Positions 1 to 8,467 of a stretch of 64,000 nt of DNA are shown in pieces. Every line of letters starts with the position of its first letter. The first letter of the stretch is position 1. The stretch is from contig CAWAWS010000017.1 of the NCBI GenBank assembly GCA_963785725.1, positions 1-64,000 on the forward strand, read 5' to 3'. The notes under the pieces are model-generated. The model was not told the DNA's origin, made no database searches, and saw nothing but the letters and a program-made list of their open reading frames with translations. The translations under genes and the position numbers were made by a program. This DNA is from an uncultured delta proteobacterium. Its GTDB lineage: Bacteria > Myxococcota_A > Polyangia > Palsa-1104.

Positions 1-363
1 ACGGACAATCGGGTCGGATATCCGGTCAATACTCAGCCGATGGATTCGCTCGCTATCGATCCAATTACTTTGAGAAGGCAGACCCGGTCAGCTTTGTGAT
101 TGCGGCTATTCGGGACTGCCTCCTTTCAGGTGAGAATCGGTGATCTTGCGGGCCAGCTCGGTGTAGAGCTGAACGCGACGGCCTCCGAGTTTGTGACCCA
201 AGCGTTTGTTGAGCTCGCCGCGGCAAACCGCCATGGAAGTATCGGACCCATGATCAGACCATCGATGCTGGCGAAGAAACGATGCCGTGATCCTGCTTGC
301 GGTTGCCAAGTACAATGAGGCACGCCATCGACCGGCAGAGTTCTGGGCCGGGGTGCTTACGTC

Positions 364-892
364 ATGACGAATTCGAGCAAGTTTGTGAGTGCCGAGGCCG
401 CGCTCAGGATCAGTCAGAAGATTTCAACTCGGCCACAGGTTCTTGCGGCACTTCTGGAGGCGACCTCACCTTCGGCATTGTCGGACAGGGAATTTGTGCG
501 GCTCTTTGAGAATCCCTTACTACACCATTCCATTGGCGCATGTTGGGATGACGTCAAGGTCTTGGTTGACTTGGGGATCGACTTGCGGAGTGCATCGTTA
601 GCTAGGCTCCGATTTACGGTGGACACCGCGCTCCATCAGGCAATCACTGAAATGTCAGAGCAGGGCGCATCCGGTGGGCCGACTCTTCGCGAAGTCGTCG
701 AGAGAGTTAGCAAACAGGGCTCATCGACCGCTTCCTGCACTGGAGCAGGCGATGAAGGACGTTCGGACTGCCGAGCGTACTGTGGCAGAGCTGACGAAGG
801 AGAACGAGGCGCTCCGGGGCTCGCTCGAGGAGTTTGGAAAGAAAAGGGCGCGTCATGCCTTGCGCGACGCCAAGGCCAAAGCCAAGGCTTAA
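364..892 (+). pseudogene. Frameshifted or degraded hypothetical gene with a coiled-coil C-terminus
   Basis: ORF 364.. reads as protein-like to about 710, then the overlapping frame (ORF 674..892, LEQAMKDVRTAERTVAELTKENEALRGSLEE) is the more protein-like one. No recognisable family. Confidence 0.3.
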
Positions 893-2055
893 TCTTTCTC
901 TCGGAATTTGTAAGTGGGTTCGCGGTATCCCACTACCCACCTCAAGCACAAACATCTGGTTCTCCTAAGGTTCCTGTGGGTGTTTGAGCTGGCCTTTCGG
1001 CAGGCCGGTTAGGGCGGAATGGGCTTTAGAAAGAGGTGAATGCGCACCGAGGCGTAGGAGTTTCTACGGGGCGAAACGACAGAAGCCCGAGTTATGCGCC
1101 CCAGCCTCCCACCTCATCCGACCATCCTCCACCCGCCACTCTACCCCATCACTCGCCAGGGATAGACGGTTCAAAGCACCGAAGTGGCCACCGGCCGAAG
1201 TATCAGTCCCCGCCCGACCACCGATTTCGCGCCCATCGCCCACCTTCCGCCTCCTCCTGGCGCCCCATTCTACCCTCCCGTCACCCGAAAACGACCGCCT
1301 CGGGCAGACCCCTCCCGAGACGGCCGCGCCGCCTTCACCCTGAGCGCCCTCACTCGCGTCGAGGTCGGACCCCCTCGGCGCCCAACTCCTCCAGCTCAGC
1401 TCTGGCTTGGCCCTCCTCGCCCTCTGGTGGGGCACGAGATTCCCGGGGAGACCTCCGCCATCGGGCCACCTCGCTCTCGTCGGTGCCCTCGCCTCCGCCA
1501 CTAGAGCCCTCCACCGAGATCTCGCCGCCCTCCCGCGCAGCGCCGTCCCCGATCTCACCGAGCTCCCTGCCACCCGCGGGCTCCACCACCTGGATCCCCA
1601 CCGCCGGCGGCGTCCGCTCCACGGTGAAACGGCCCAGCTCGATCACCAGGGTGGGCTCACCAGCGCCCGGCAGCGGCCCTCCGGCTCTCGGGACTTCCGC
1701 ACGGCTCGCCGAGCTCCCGGGCACTGAGATCGAGGCTCCCGACCCTGGTAAGGTCACTCCGGCGGTGACCCGCCTGGGGACGGTCACCACGGACTCCATC
1801 TCGTTCCAGTCGGACGACGTCGGGCCGTTGACCTTGGCCACGAAGGACATTGTCGCTTGAACCCACGAGAGGATGTTGCACCGCGAGAAGCTCAAGCTGG
1901 CCAGCCGCGGGCCAGGACGGCTGGTTCGAAGGTGAGCTGAGCCTGGTTTCGGACCTCCGACCAGTTCGGGTCAGGGGCGCGAACCGAGACAGGGTGCTCG
2001 AGCGTCTTGACCCGGCGAGGATGCCGAAGCCATCCTCGCGACTCCTCGCGGAAAA

Positions 2056-2329
2056 TCAGCCAGCGTCGGGTGGGTTACAGGTGCCGTCGACGTAGCACGT
2101 GCCATCTGCAGCACTGTGCGTTGTTGCTGCAGAAGTTGGACGCCCCGGGGGGAATGCAGCACGCACCGGGGTTGCCGAAGCCGCCGTCGTCGCAGACCAG
2201 GTTGCCGCAGCAGTCGGCACCCGAGTGGCAGAGGAGGTTCGCTGGGCTAGACCCCGGCCCCTCGTTGCAACAGCGGTTAGCATTGCCCGAGACCGCGCTG
2301 CATTCGGTCTCGCAGCAGTCGCTGGCGTC
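2056..2329 (-). pseudogene. 3' fragment of a Cys-rich (myxobacterial-type CC repeat) protein
   Basis: Manual minus-strand translation from 2329: DASDCCETECSAVSGNANRCCNEG...CHSGADCCGNLVCDDGGFGNPGACCIPPGASNFCSNNAQCC, then a frameshift to DGTCYVDGTCNPPDAG-stop. No start or N-terminus is present. Confidence 0.6.
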
Positions 2330-2499
2330 TCGTCGTCGCCAGCGGCAGCGTCGAGATCGAGCTCGGCGACGACCGCCATGTCCTCAACGTCGGCGACTCC
2401 ATCTTCTTCACGGCCGACAACCCGCACGTCTACCGCAATCGCGGCAAGAGCGGCGCCATCATGTACCTGGTGATGACGTACGCCGACAACGTCGGTTGA
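2329..2499 (+). pseudogene. 3' fragment (cupin domain) of an XRE/HTH-cupin transcriptional regulator
   Basis: Manual translation LVVASGSVEIELGDDRHVLNVGDSIFFTADNPHVYRNRGKSGAIMYLVMTYADNVG-stop carries the cupin motif GDSxxFxADxPHxYRN. In-frame TAG at 2278-2280 with no start; HTH absent. Confidence 0.75.
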
Positions 2500-2505
2500 A
2501 TCGCA

Positions 2506-2548
2506 TCCGTTTTAGCGGACGTAATCGGCTCGCATCCGTTTCAACGGA
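2506..2548. promoter_or_regulatory. Two 14-bp palindromic operator-like sites (TCCGYT-N2-ARCGGA)
   Basis: TCCGTTTTAGCGGA at 2506-2519 and TCCGTTTCAACGGA at 2535-2548; three more copies at 3218-3365. Confidence 0.6.
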
Positions 2549-2729
2549 CCAGTAGCTCATGCAGAATACGGCTGCGGTCGGTCCGGCCCGCGTTTCCTGC
2601 GCCCACGGTTCCGTAAGGCTGTCGCCTTCGCCAGCCGTTTTGGCGAACCGATCGCTTCGCAGCGGTTCTGGCGCGGTCTCGCTTGGCCCGCAGCGTTCGC
2701 GCAACTGCCCGCTGGCCGCGCGCTGCGCT

Positions 2730-3165
2730 CGCGTAACCGCCGCTCCGCGCGCGGTCTTTGCGTGACTGCCGCTCCGCCGCGGTTCCGCGTGATGCTGCTT
2801 CGCGCGCGGTCTTTGCGTGAGTGCCGCTCCGCCACGGTTCCGCGGTCCCGCATGATTGCCGTTTGCCGGGGTCCCGCATGATTGCCGTTTGCCGCGGTCG
2901 GCATAATGCCGTTTGCCGCGGTCGGCATAATTGCCGTTTGCCGCGGTCGGCATAATTGCCGTTTGCCGCGGTCGGCATAATTGCCGTTTGCCGCGGTCGG
3001 CATAATTGCCGTTTGCCGCGGTCGGCATAATCGCCGTTTGCCGCGGTTTCGCGCGGTTGCCGCTTGCCCCGGTTTCGCGCGATTGCCGTTTGCCGCGGTT
3101 CCGCGCGATTGCCGCTTGCCCCGGTTCCGCGCGATTGCCGTTTGCCCCGTTTGCCCCGGTTTCAC
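2730..3165. repeat. Tandem repeat array with a 25-bp core unit and degenerate 25-27 bp flanks
   Basis: Near-perfect copies of GCATAATTGCCGTTTGCCGCGGTCG at about 2880-3045, flanked by diverged units such as GCGCGATTGCCGTTTGCCGCGGTTCC. No spacers. Confidence 0.9.
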
Positions 3166-3217
3166 GCAATCGTCCGGGGGCTATCGTTTCGTTGGCGTTT
3201 CTCGTGAATGACTGGCG

Positions 3218-3365
3218 TCCGTTGTAACGGACGAATCCGCTTTGGGCTTGACGCTGTCCGTTATAACGGATATTCGTCTGTCTGGGTGAGCGGTCGTGGG
3301 CTGTGAGCGGCTTGCACGATCGTTCTGCCAAAGCGGCGGATGAGCGCCGCATCCGCTTTAGCGGA
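3218..3365 (+). promoter_or_regulatory. Three 14-bp palindromic operator-like sites around a putative sigma70 promoter
   Basis: TCCGTTGTAACGGA 3218-3231, perfect palindrome TCCGTTATAACGGA 3257-3270, TCCGCTTTAGCGGA 3352-3365. TTGACG at 3248-3253 (-35-like); the -10 match is weak (TATTCG 3271-3276). Confidence 0.6.
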
Positions 3366-3433
3366 TGGGCCTCGATCGTCGCCGGCAACGCGCGTGAATG
3401 GCGGCTGGCTGGCTATCGCCGAAGGAGGCGCGA

Positions 3434-3724
3434 GTGACGCAGCGGATTCTGAAGATCATCGAGCGGGCGGAGGCTCTCGACGAGGCCGTGCATTCGACGA
3501 TCGGCGGCGCGCAGCTCGACATCCTCTTGCGCGGGCCGGGTATTCGCGGGCTCGCGCGGCAGTTCTTGGCGGCGTTCGTCGACCGCGGTGTGCGCGTATT
3601 CTTCGTCAGCGAGGATGCCGAAGCGCGCGGCCTCGCGTGCGAACCCGTCGACGGCGCAGAGCCGGTCGCGCAAGGCGCGCTGCCGCGGCTGCTCGCCGAC
3701 TACGACCAAGTTTGGCACTGGTAG
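3434..3724 (+). CDS. DsrE/DsrF/TusB-like small protein (96 aa)
   Basis: GGAGG at 3424-3428 before GTG; LDILLRGPG...GVRVFFVSEDAEARGL...LLADYDQVWHW fits the DsrE/F/H-like pattern. Confidence 0.6.
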   Translation: MTQRILKIIERAEALDEAVHSTIGGAQLDILLRGPGIRGLARQFLAAFVDRGVRVFFVSEDAEARGLACEPVDGAEPVAQGALPRLLADYDQVWHW

Positions 3725-3728
3725 GCGC

Positions 3729-4064
3729 ATGCGCATCGCCATGATCGGAGGGGTCGAGCGCAACGAGACCGACTACGCTCGCATCGCCGAGCGCGCCGGC
3801 CACAGCCTCGAATTTCACGGCGGCTGGATCGGCGGCCGCGGCGCCGACACGCTGGCGGCGCTCATCGCACGCGCCGAGCTCGTCATCATCGTCACCGACG
3901 TCAACAGCCACGGCGCCGTCATCCTCGCGCGACGGCTCGCGGCCGAGCGCGGGCGGCCGATTCAGTTGCTCCGGCGCATGGGAACGTCGCGTTTTCGCTC
4001 ACTGTTGGAGGCGCTGACGAAGCCGGCGCGCGAGAGCCGGCAGCGCGTCCGCGAAGTCGCGTGA
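3729..4064 (+). CDS. DUF2325-family protein (111 aa)
   Basis: MRIAMIGG...LEFHGG...AELVIIVTDVNSHGAV...AAERGRPI, a typical DUF2325 signature. Confidence 0.75.
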   Translation: MRIAMIGGVERNETDYARIAERAGHSLEFHGGWIGGRGADTLAALIARAELVIIVTDVNSHGAVILARRLAAERGRPIQLLRRMGTSRFRSLLEALTKPARESRQRVREVA

Positions 4065-4128
4065 CCTGCGCCGGCGACCGGGCCGGCCAGCAAGCGCGAG
4101 ATATCGATCAACGTATTCGAGGAGTCGT

Positions 4129-6471
4129 ATGAATCGTCTGGCAGTGGTCTTGTCTTTGCCTCTTGGCTTGTGGGTTGGTGCCGCGCACGCGCAGAGCTCG
4201 TCGTCGAAGGTTCCAGCGGCGAATGAACCGCCAGCGGCGGCGCAGGCAGCGAATGGGCGGCCGACGGCGGCATCGGCCGCGGCTCGTACGTCGAGCCGCC
4301 GACCGACAGTCGCGAGTGCCGCGACGAGTGGCCGGTCGACTGCCGCGCAAGCCGCGACGAGTGGCGGGTCGACGACGGCCGCGCAAGCCGCGACGAGTGG
4401 CGGGTCGACGGTCGCGCACGCCGCGACGAGTGGCCAGTCGACGACGGTCGCGCAAGCCGCGACGAGCGGTCAGTCGACGACGATCGCGCAAGCCGCGACG
4501 AGCGGCCGGTCGTCGGCCGCGCAAGCCGCGACGAGTGGCCAATGGACGACGGTCGCGCAAGCCGCGACGAGCGCGACGAGCGCGACGAGCGGCGGGTCGA
4601 CGGTCGCGCACGCCGCGACGAGCGGCCAGTCGACGACGGTCGCGCAAGCCGCGACGAGCGGTCAGTCGACGACGATCGCGCAAGCCGCGACGAGCGGCCG
4701 GTCGTCGGCCGCGCAAGCCGCGACGAGTGGCCAATGGACGACGGTCGCGCAGGCCGCGACGAGCGGCCAATCGACGATCGCGCAAGCCGCCCCGGATGCG
4801 ACGAGCGCGACCGCCGCGACGAGCGCGACCGCCGCGCCCACCGCCGATCCTACCGTGCAGCAGCTGCTCGACGATCACCGGCGCCTCGACGAGCTCCTGC
4901 GTGCTCAGCAGGCACAGCTGCAGCAGCAGGCGGCCCAGCTGCGCATCTTGGAGAGCGCGGCCCAGCTGCCGCTCGGCGACGACGGCTTCGGCGACGGCTT
5001 CAACGGCGATCGCCGCTACCTCGCCGTCGCCCCCATCGCCGCCGGCGACAAAGATCCCGAGCTGCTCGCTCCGCTCGCCGGCTACTCCGATCGCAACTTC
5101 TTCCTGCGCGATCGCCACAGCTGGTTCGTCTTCGTCCCCAAAGGGCGCATCAACGTCGACTGGTACAACTTCCTCAACCGCCCGGCGCCGCCGGCCGGCG
5201 TCATCCCCAACAGCGCCGCCGATCCGCGCTCGTCGCTGCGCGACACCATCTTCCTGCGTCGCGCGCGCATCGGCATCGCCGGCACCATCGCGCGCCACAT
5301 CGACTTCCGCGTCGAGGCCGAGTTCGCCAGCCTGGCGACGCCCGGTCAGTACGCGACGGTCGTCGACGGCTCGGTGGTCATCAACTACTTGCCGTGGCTG
5401 CAGTTCGAGGTCGGGCAGTTCTATGCGCCGCTGACGCTGGAAAACGCCACCTCGGAAAACTTTACCGACTTCATGGAGAAGAGCGCGGTCGTGCGCTGGG
5501 CCGTGCCGAATACGCGCGAGACCGGCGGCATGATCGAGGGCGTTTTGCCGCGCGGCTTCGCCCGCTACTACCTCGGCGTCTTCGACGGTGACGGGCAGAA
5601 CTTCAAGAACCTCGACAACAAGCCGGCGGTGATTGGACGCGCCTTCATCGCGCCGTTGACGCTGCTGGCGAGCGGTCATCCGCGCTGGCTCGACGAGATC
5701 TGGCTCGGCGGCTCGTTCTGGTGGCAGCAGTCGGACAATCCGGCCGGCGGCCAGCCGGCGTCGATTACGGGCGCCACCGCGGCCGACATCGGGGGCCTCA
5801 CGACCGAAGGCGGCTTCAGCATCATCAGCGGCAACTACTCCAACGGCAACGACCTCAACAAGAACGCCGTTCGCTCGCACCTCGCGCCCGATGGTGAGAC
5901 GGTGAAATACGCCTTCGAGGCCAACGTTCCGCTGACGCAGTTTTTCGGGCTACGCAGCGAGTTCGTGCATCAGTCGATTCATCTGCGCCGCTACGACGAC
6001 ACCAATCCCGGCAATGGCAACCTGACGCGCGCCTACGGTCCGACGGCGTTCCTCGACGGCTTTGGCGCCTATATCGAGGCCTACACGTGGATTGGCGGGC
6101 CGGTGAATACGGACCATCCGGGGCTCTATCAGATCCCGCATTGGAACGGCTACATCAAGCCGGCGCCGCCGCGTTGGGCCGTGTTGTTGTCGGCGCGCTA
6201 CGAGCACGTCGAGCAGGCGATCAGCGGCTTGCCGACGACGCTGCCGAGCGGCAAGCACGGGCTCGATCCCGCCAATGGCCATTACGGCTTCGACGAAATG
6301 CAGCTCGGCGCCAGCTTCTGGGTGACGCGGCATTCGCGCGTGATGGCGAACTACAACTTGGATTACATCGGCTCGGGCGATCCGCGGCAGGCGTCGGCGC
6401 TGATCGAAAAGAACCTGTTTTTCCGCAAGATCGAGCACGAGCTGCTGTTCCGCCTGCAGGTCAATCTGTAG
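4129..6471 (+). CDS. OprO/OprP-like (phosphate-selective family) porin with N-terminal Ala/Thr/Ser repeats
   Basis: GAGGAG RBS, signal peptide, short coiled coil, FLRRARIGIAG, GQFYAPLTLEN, RETGGM, GVFDGDGQN, C-terminal beta-strand LFRLQVNL. Confidence 0.75.
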   Translation: MNRLAVVLSLPLGLWVGAAHAQSSSSKVPAANEPPAAAQAANGRPTAASAAARTSSRRPTVASAATSGRSTAAQAATSGGSTTAAQAATSGGSTVAHAATSGQSTTVAQAATSGQSTTIAQAATSGRSSAAQAATSGQWTTVAQAATSATSATSGGSTVAHAATSGQSTTVAQAATSGQSTTIAQAATSGRSSAAQAATSGQWTTVAQAATSGQSTIAQAAPDATSATAATSATAAPTADPTVQQLLDDHRRLDELLRAQQAQLQQQAAQLRILESAAQLPLGDDGFGDGFNGDRRYLAVAPIAAGDKDPELLAPLAGYSDRNFFLRDRHSWFVFVPKGRINVDWYNFLNRPAPPAGVIPNSAADPRSSLRDTIFLRRARIGIAGTIARHIDFRVEAEFASLATPGQYATVVDGSVVINYLPWLQFEVGQFYAPLTLENATSENFTDFMEKSAVVRWAVPNTRETGGMIEGVLPRGFARYYLGVFDGDGQNFKNLDNKPAVIGRAFIAPLTLLASGHPRWLDEIWLGGSFWWQQSDNPAGGQPASITGATAADIGGLTTEGGFSIISGNYSNGNDLNKNAVRSHLAPDGETVKYAFEANVPLTQFFGLRSEFVHQSIHLRRYDDTNPGNGNLTRAYGPTAFLDGFGAYIEAYTWIGGPVNTDHPGLYQIPHWNGYIKPAPPRWAVLLSARYEHVEQAISGLPTTLPSGKHGLDPANGHYGFDEMQLGASFWVTRHSRVMANYNLDYIGSGDPRQASALIEKNLFFRKIEHELLFRLQVNL
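4310..4790 (+). repeat. Intragenic ~36-bp (12-aa, AQAATSGQSTTV) tandem repeats
   Basis: About 13 units; a higher-order block starting at 4399 recurs at 4591 (192-bp period). Confidence 0.85.
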
Positions 6472-6501
6472 CCGCCTCGCATTCCGGCGGGCGGCGCGCG
6501 T

Positions 6502-7137
6502 TCAGCGGCGCGGCGTGCGACGTTCGGGCGCGCGCGGCGGGCGCCACATCGGCCAGATCGGCGGCGCGCCCGGACCGAGCGTCAGCGGCGCGCGCGCGAC
6601 GAATCCCCAGCGCGCATACAGACGCATGCTGTTTTCCGTCGAGGCTTCGAGGTACGCGGGCGCGCCCTCGGCGTCGCAGCGATCGAGCCGGCTGCGCAGG
6701 AGCGCGGCGCCGATGCCGTGGCCCTGCCGCGCCGGATCGACGCCGAGCGCGAACAAATAATAGTGGCGCTCCTTCGGATGGGCGCGCGACAGGATCTGCA
6801 GCGCCGACCACGCCTCGCGCAGGCGCGCTTTACCGAGCACGGGCCAGAAATGCGGCAACAGGAGCAGCTCGCGCAGCGGGTTCAGCTTCCAGCGGCCGGG
6901 CGGAGTCCACAAGGCGACGCCGCTCAAGTCCTCGCTGATTTCGACGCAGCCGAAAGGGAACGTCAGGCGCTCGAAGCCGAGCTCGAAGAAGCGGCGGATG
7001 GCGAAGGCGCGCTCGGCGTCGCGGCGGACGAACCAGTTGAGCGGCGGGTCGGCGTCGAAGGCGCGCGCCAGCGTCGTCACGGCGATGGCGGCGTCGTCGC
7101 GCGTGGCGGCGCGCACGATGTTGATGGCGGGCGGCAT
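6502..7137 (-). CDS. GNAT family N-acetyltransferase (211 aa)
   Basis: LARAFDADP, LGVDPARQGHGIGAALL (acetyl-CoA motif A), AYLEAS, LYARWGF. Start placed at MPPAINIVR because the upstream extension is repeat-derived. Confidence 0.9.
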   Translation of the reverse strand: MPPAINIVRAATRDDAAIAVTTLARAFDADPPLNWFVRRDAERAFAIRRFFELGFERLTFPFGCVEISEDLSGVALWTPPGRWKLNPLRELLLLPHFWPVLGKARLREAWSALQILSRAHPKERHYYLFALGVDPARQGHGIGAALLRSRLDRCDAEGAPAYLEASTENSMRLYARWGFVARAPLTLGPGAPPIWPMWRPPRAPERRTPRR

Positions 7138-7171
7138 GGCGGCAGGATAACGCGACGCCGGCGCCGCCGGA

Positions 7172-7300
7172 TCGGCGTCATGCCGAACGGCGTCGAACGA
7201 AGATGTCGGCGTCATGCCGAAGGCGTCGAACGAGCGTGTCGGCGTCATGCCGGAACGGCGTCGAGCGGGCGTTTCGGGTGATGCCGAGCTGGTCGAACGA
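7172..7300. repeat. Degenerate 33-35 bp intergenic tandem repeat, 4 copies
   Basis: TCGGCGTCATGCCGAA(C)GGCGTCGAACGA-like units starting at 7172, 7206, 7239 and 7274. Confidence 0.7.
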
Positions 7301-7371
7301 GGGGTGGGATTTATTCGGCGCGGCCTGCTGGGCGCGCTTGCTTGACGCTGACTATTGGGCGCGGATCAGGC

Positions 7372-7827
7372 TTACGAGCGCTTCATGCTGGCGACGAAGT
7401 CGTCCTGCGCCTTCTTCATTTCGGCGGGCGTCAGGTCCTTCGTGTGCTGCGCCAGGTTCCACTTTACGCCCCACTGGTCGACGACGGCGCCGAGGCGATC
7501 GCCCCAGAACATGTCGGCCAGCGGCATCGTCACCTTGCAGCCGGCGTCGACGGCGCGCTTGAAGGCGGCATCGACGTTCTCGCCGTAAATCCAGAACTGA
7601 CCCAGCTGCGCGCCGCCGCCCATGTTGGGGAAGATGTCGTTGACGAACAGCACCGAGTCGCCGATGCGGATCGAGGCGTGCCACACCTTCTGGCCGCTCG
7701 GATCCATGGCGCGGCTGACTTCCTCGGCACCGAACGCGCGCTTGTAGAATGCGATGGCTGCGTTGGCGTCGTCGACGGCAATCTGCGCCGTGATCGTGTG
7801 CATTCCCTCGGGCAATCCCTTGGCCAT
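7372..7827 (-). CDS. VOC/glyoxalase (PhnB-like) protein (151 aa)
   Basis: AAGGAGG RBS; AIAFYKRAFGAEE, HASIRIGDS, DMFWGDRLGAVVDQWGVKW. Confidence 0.9.
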   Translation of the reverse strand: MAKGLPEGMHTITAQIAVDDANAAIAFYKRAFGAEEVSRAMDPSGQKVWHASIRIGDSVLFVNDIFPNMGGGAQLGQFWIYGENVDAAFKRAVDAGCKVTMPLADMFWGDRLGAVVDQWGVKWNLAQHTKDLTPAEMKKAQDDFVASMKRS

Positions 7828-8100
7828 GACGTCCTCCTTGGAAGGTGCCCCCGATCTACACCTCGCGTCGACCGACCGCAACCGTGCGCGCGCACGAGCT
7901 CGTGAGCAACGCGTGACGCTGCGTTTGGGGGCGAACGTCGGCGCTGCGAGACCGAGCCCGCGATAAACCATGCGATCGCTTTGCGCGATCAACCGATGGC
8001 CGGCGCGACGGAGCTGCGGCGCGCGCGGGCACAGCCCGCCCGCGCGCCGCAGCCGAGCGGGATAACGCTTGGGCGCGCAAGACTGCCGCTGGTCTGGCGC

Positions 8101-8250
8101 GCGCGCGGAATTACCGGCCGACGCGCGACCGAGCGGAGCCGACGCGCGCGCAGTCGCGCAATGCGCGCGGAATTGCCAGCCAGCGCGCGAACGAGGCGCC
8201 GACGCGCGCGCAGTCGCGCCGTGCGCGCGGAATTGCCGACCGCGCGCGCC
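8101..8250. repeat. Degenerate ~60-62 bp intergenic repeat, about 2.5 copies
   Basis: GCGCGCGGAATT at 8101, 8163 and 8223, with shared GCCGACGCGCGCGCAGTCGCGC. Confidence 0.65.
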
Positions 8251-8467
8251 CGCCGCGGCAGCGGTCGCCTGCGCGGCGAGCTCGCTCGGGCGGCCGGTGG
8301 CCGCGAGCGAGCTCGCTCCGCCGGAATCGGCCATCGTGTAGTCAGGCACGCCCGCCCAAGGTTTATCGCCATCGCGCGCGCTCCGCACCCACGCGCGCCC
8401 CCAAGTCCGGCAGATCCAACGGCACCGACGCCCGACGGCACCGACGCCGCCGAGCCCGCCGCGGCGG

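Noticed and set aside
1000..2050. Assignable gene or mobile element
   Set aside because: Overlapping Pro/Arg-rich frames with internal stops; no transposase, integrase or terminal repeats recognised. Left unresolved.
2730..3165. CRISPR array
   Set aside because: The repeats are directly adjacent with no unique spacers, and no cas gene is in the window.
2459..3388. Long minus-strand ORFs (2459..3388, 2541..2978, 2557..3165) as genes
   Set aside because: They translate the 25-bp repeat in rotating frames and show no codon bias or domain.
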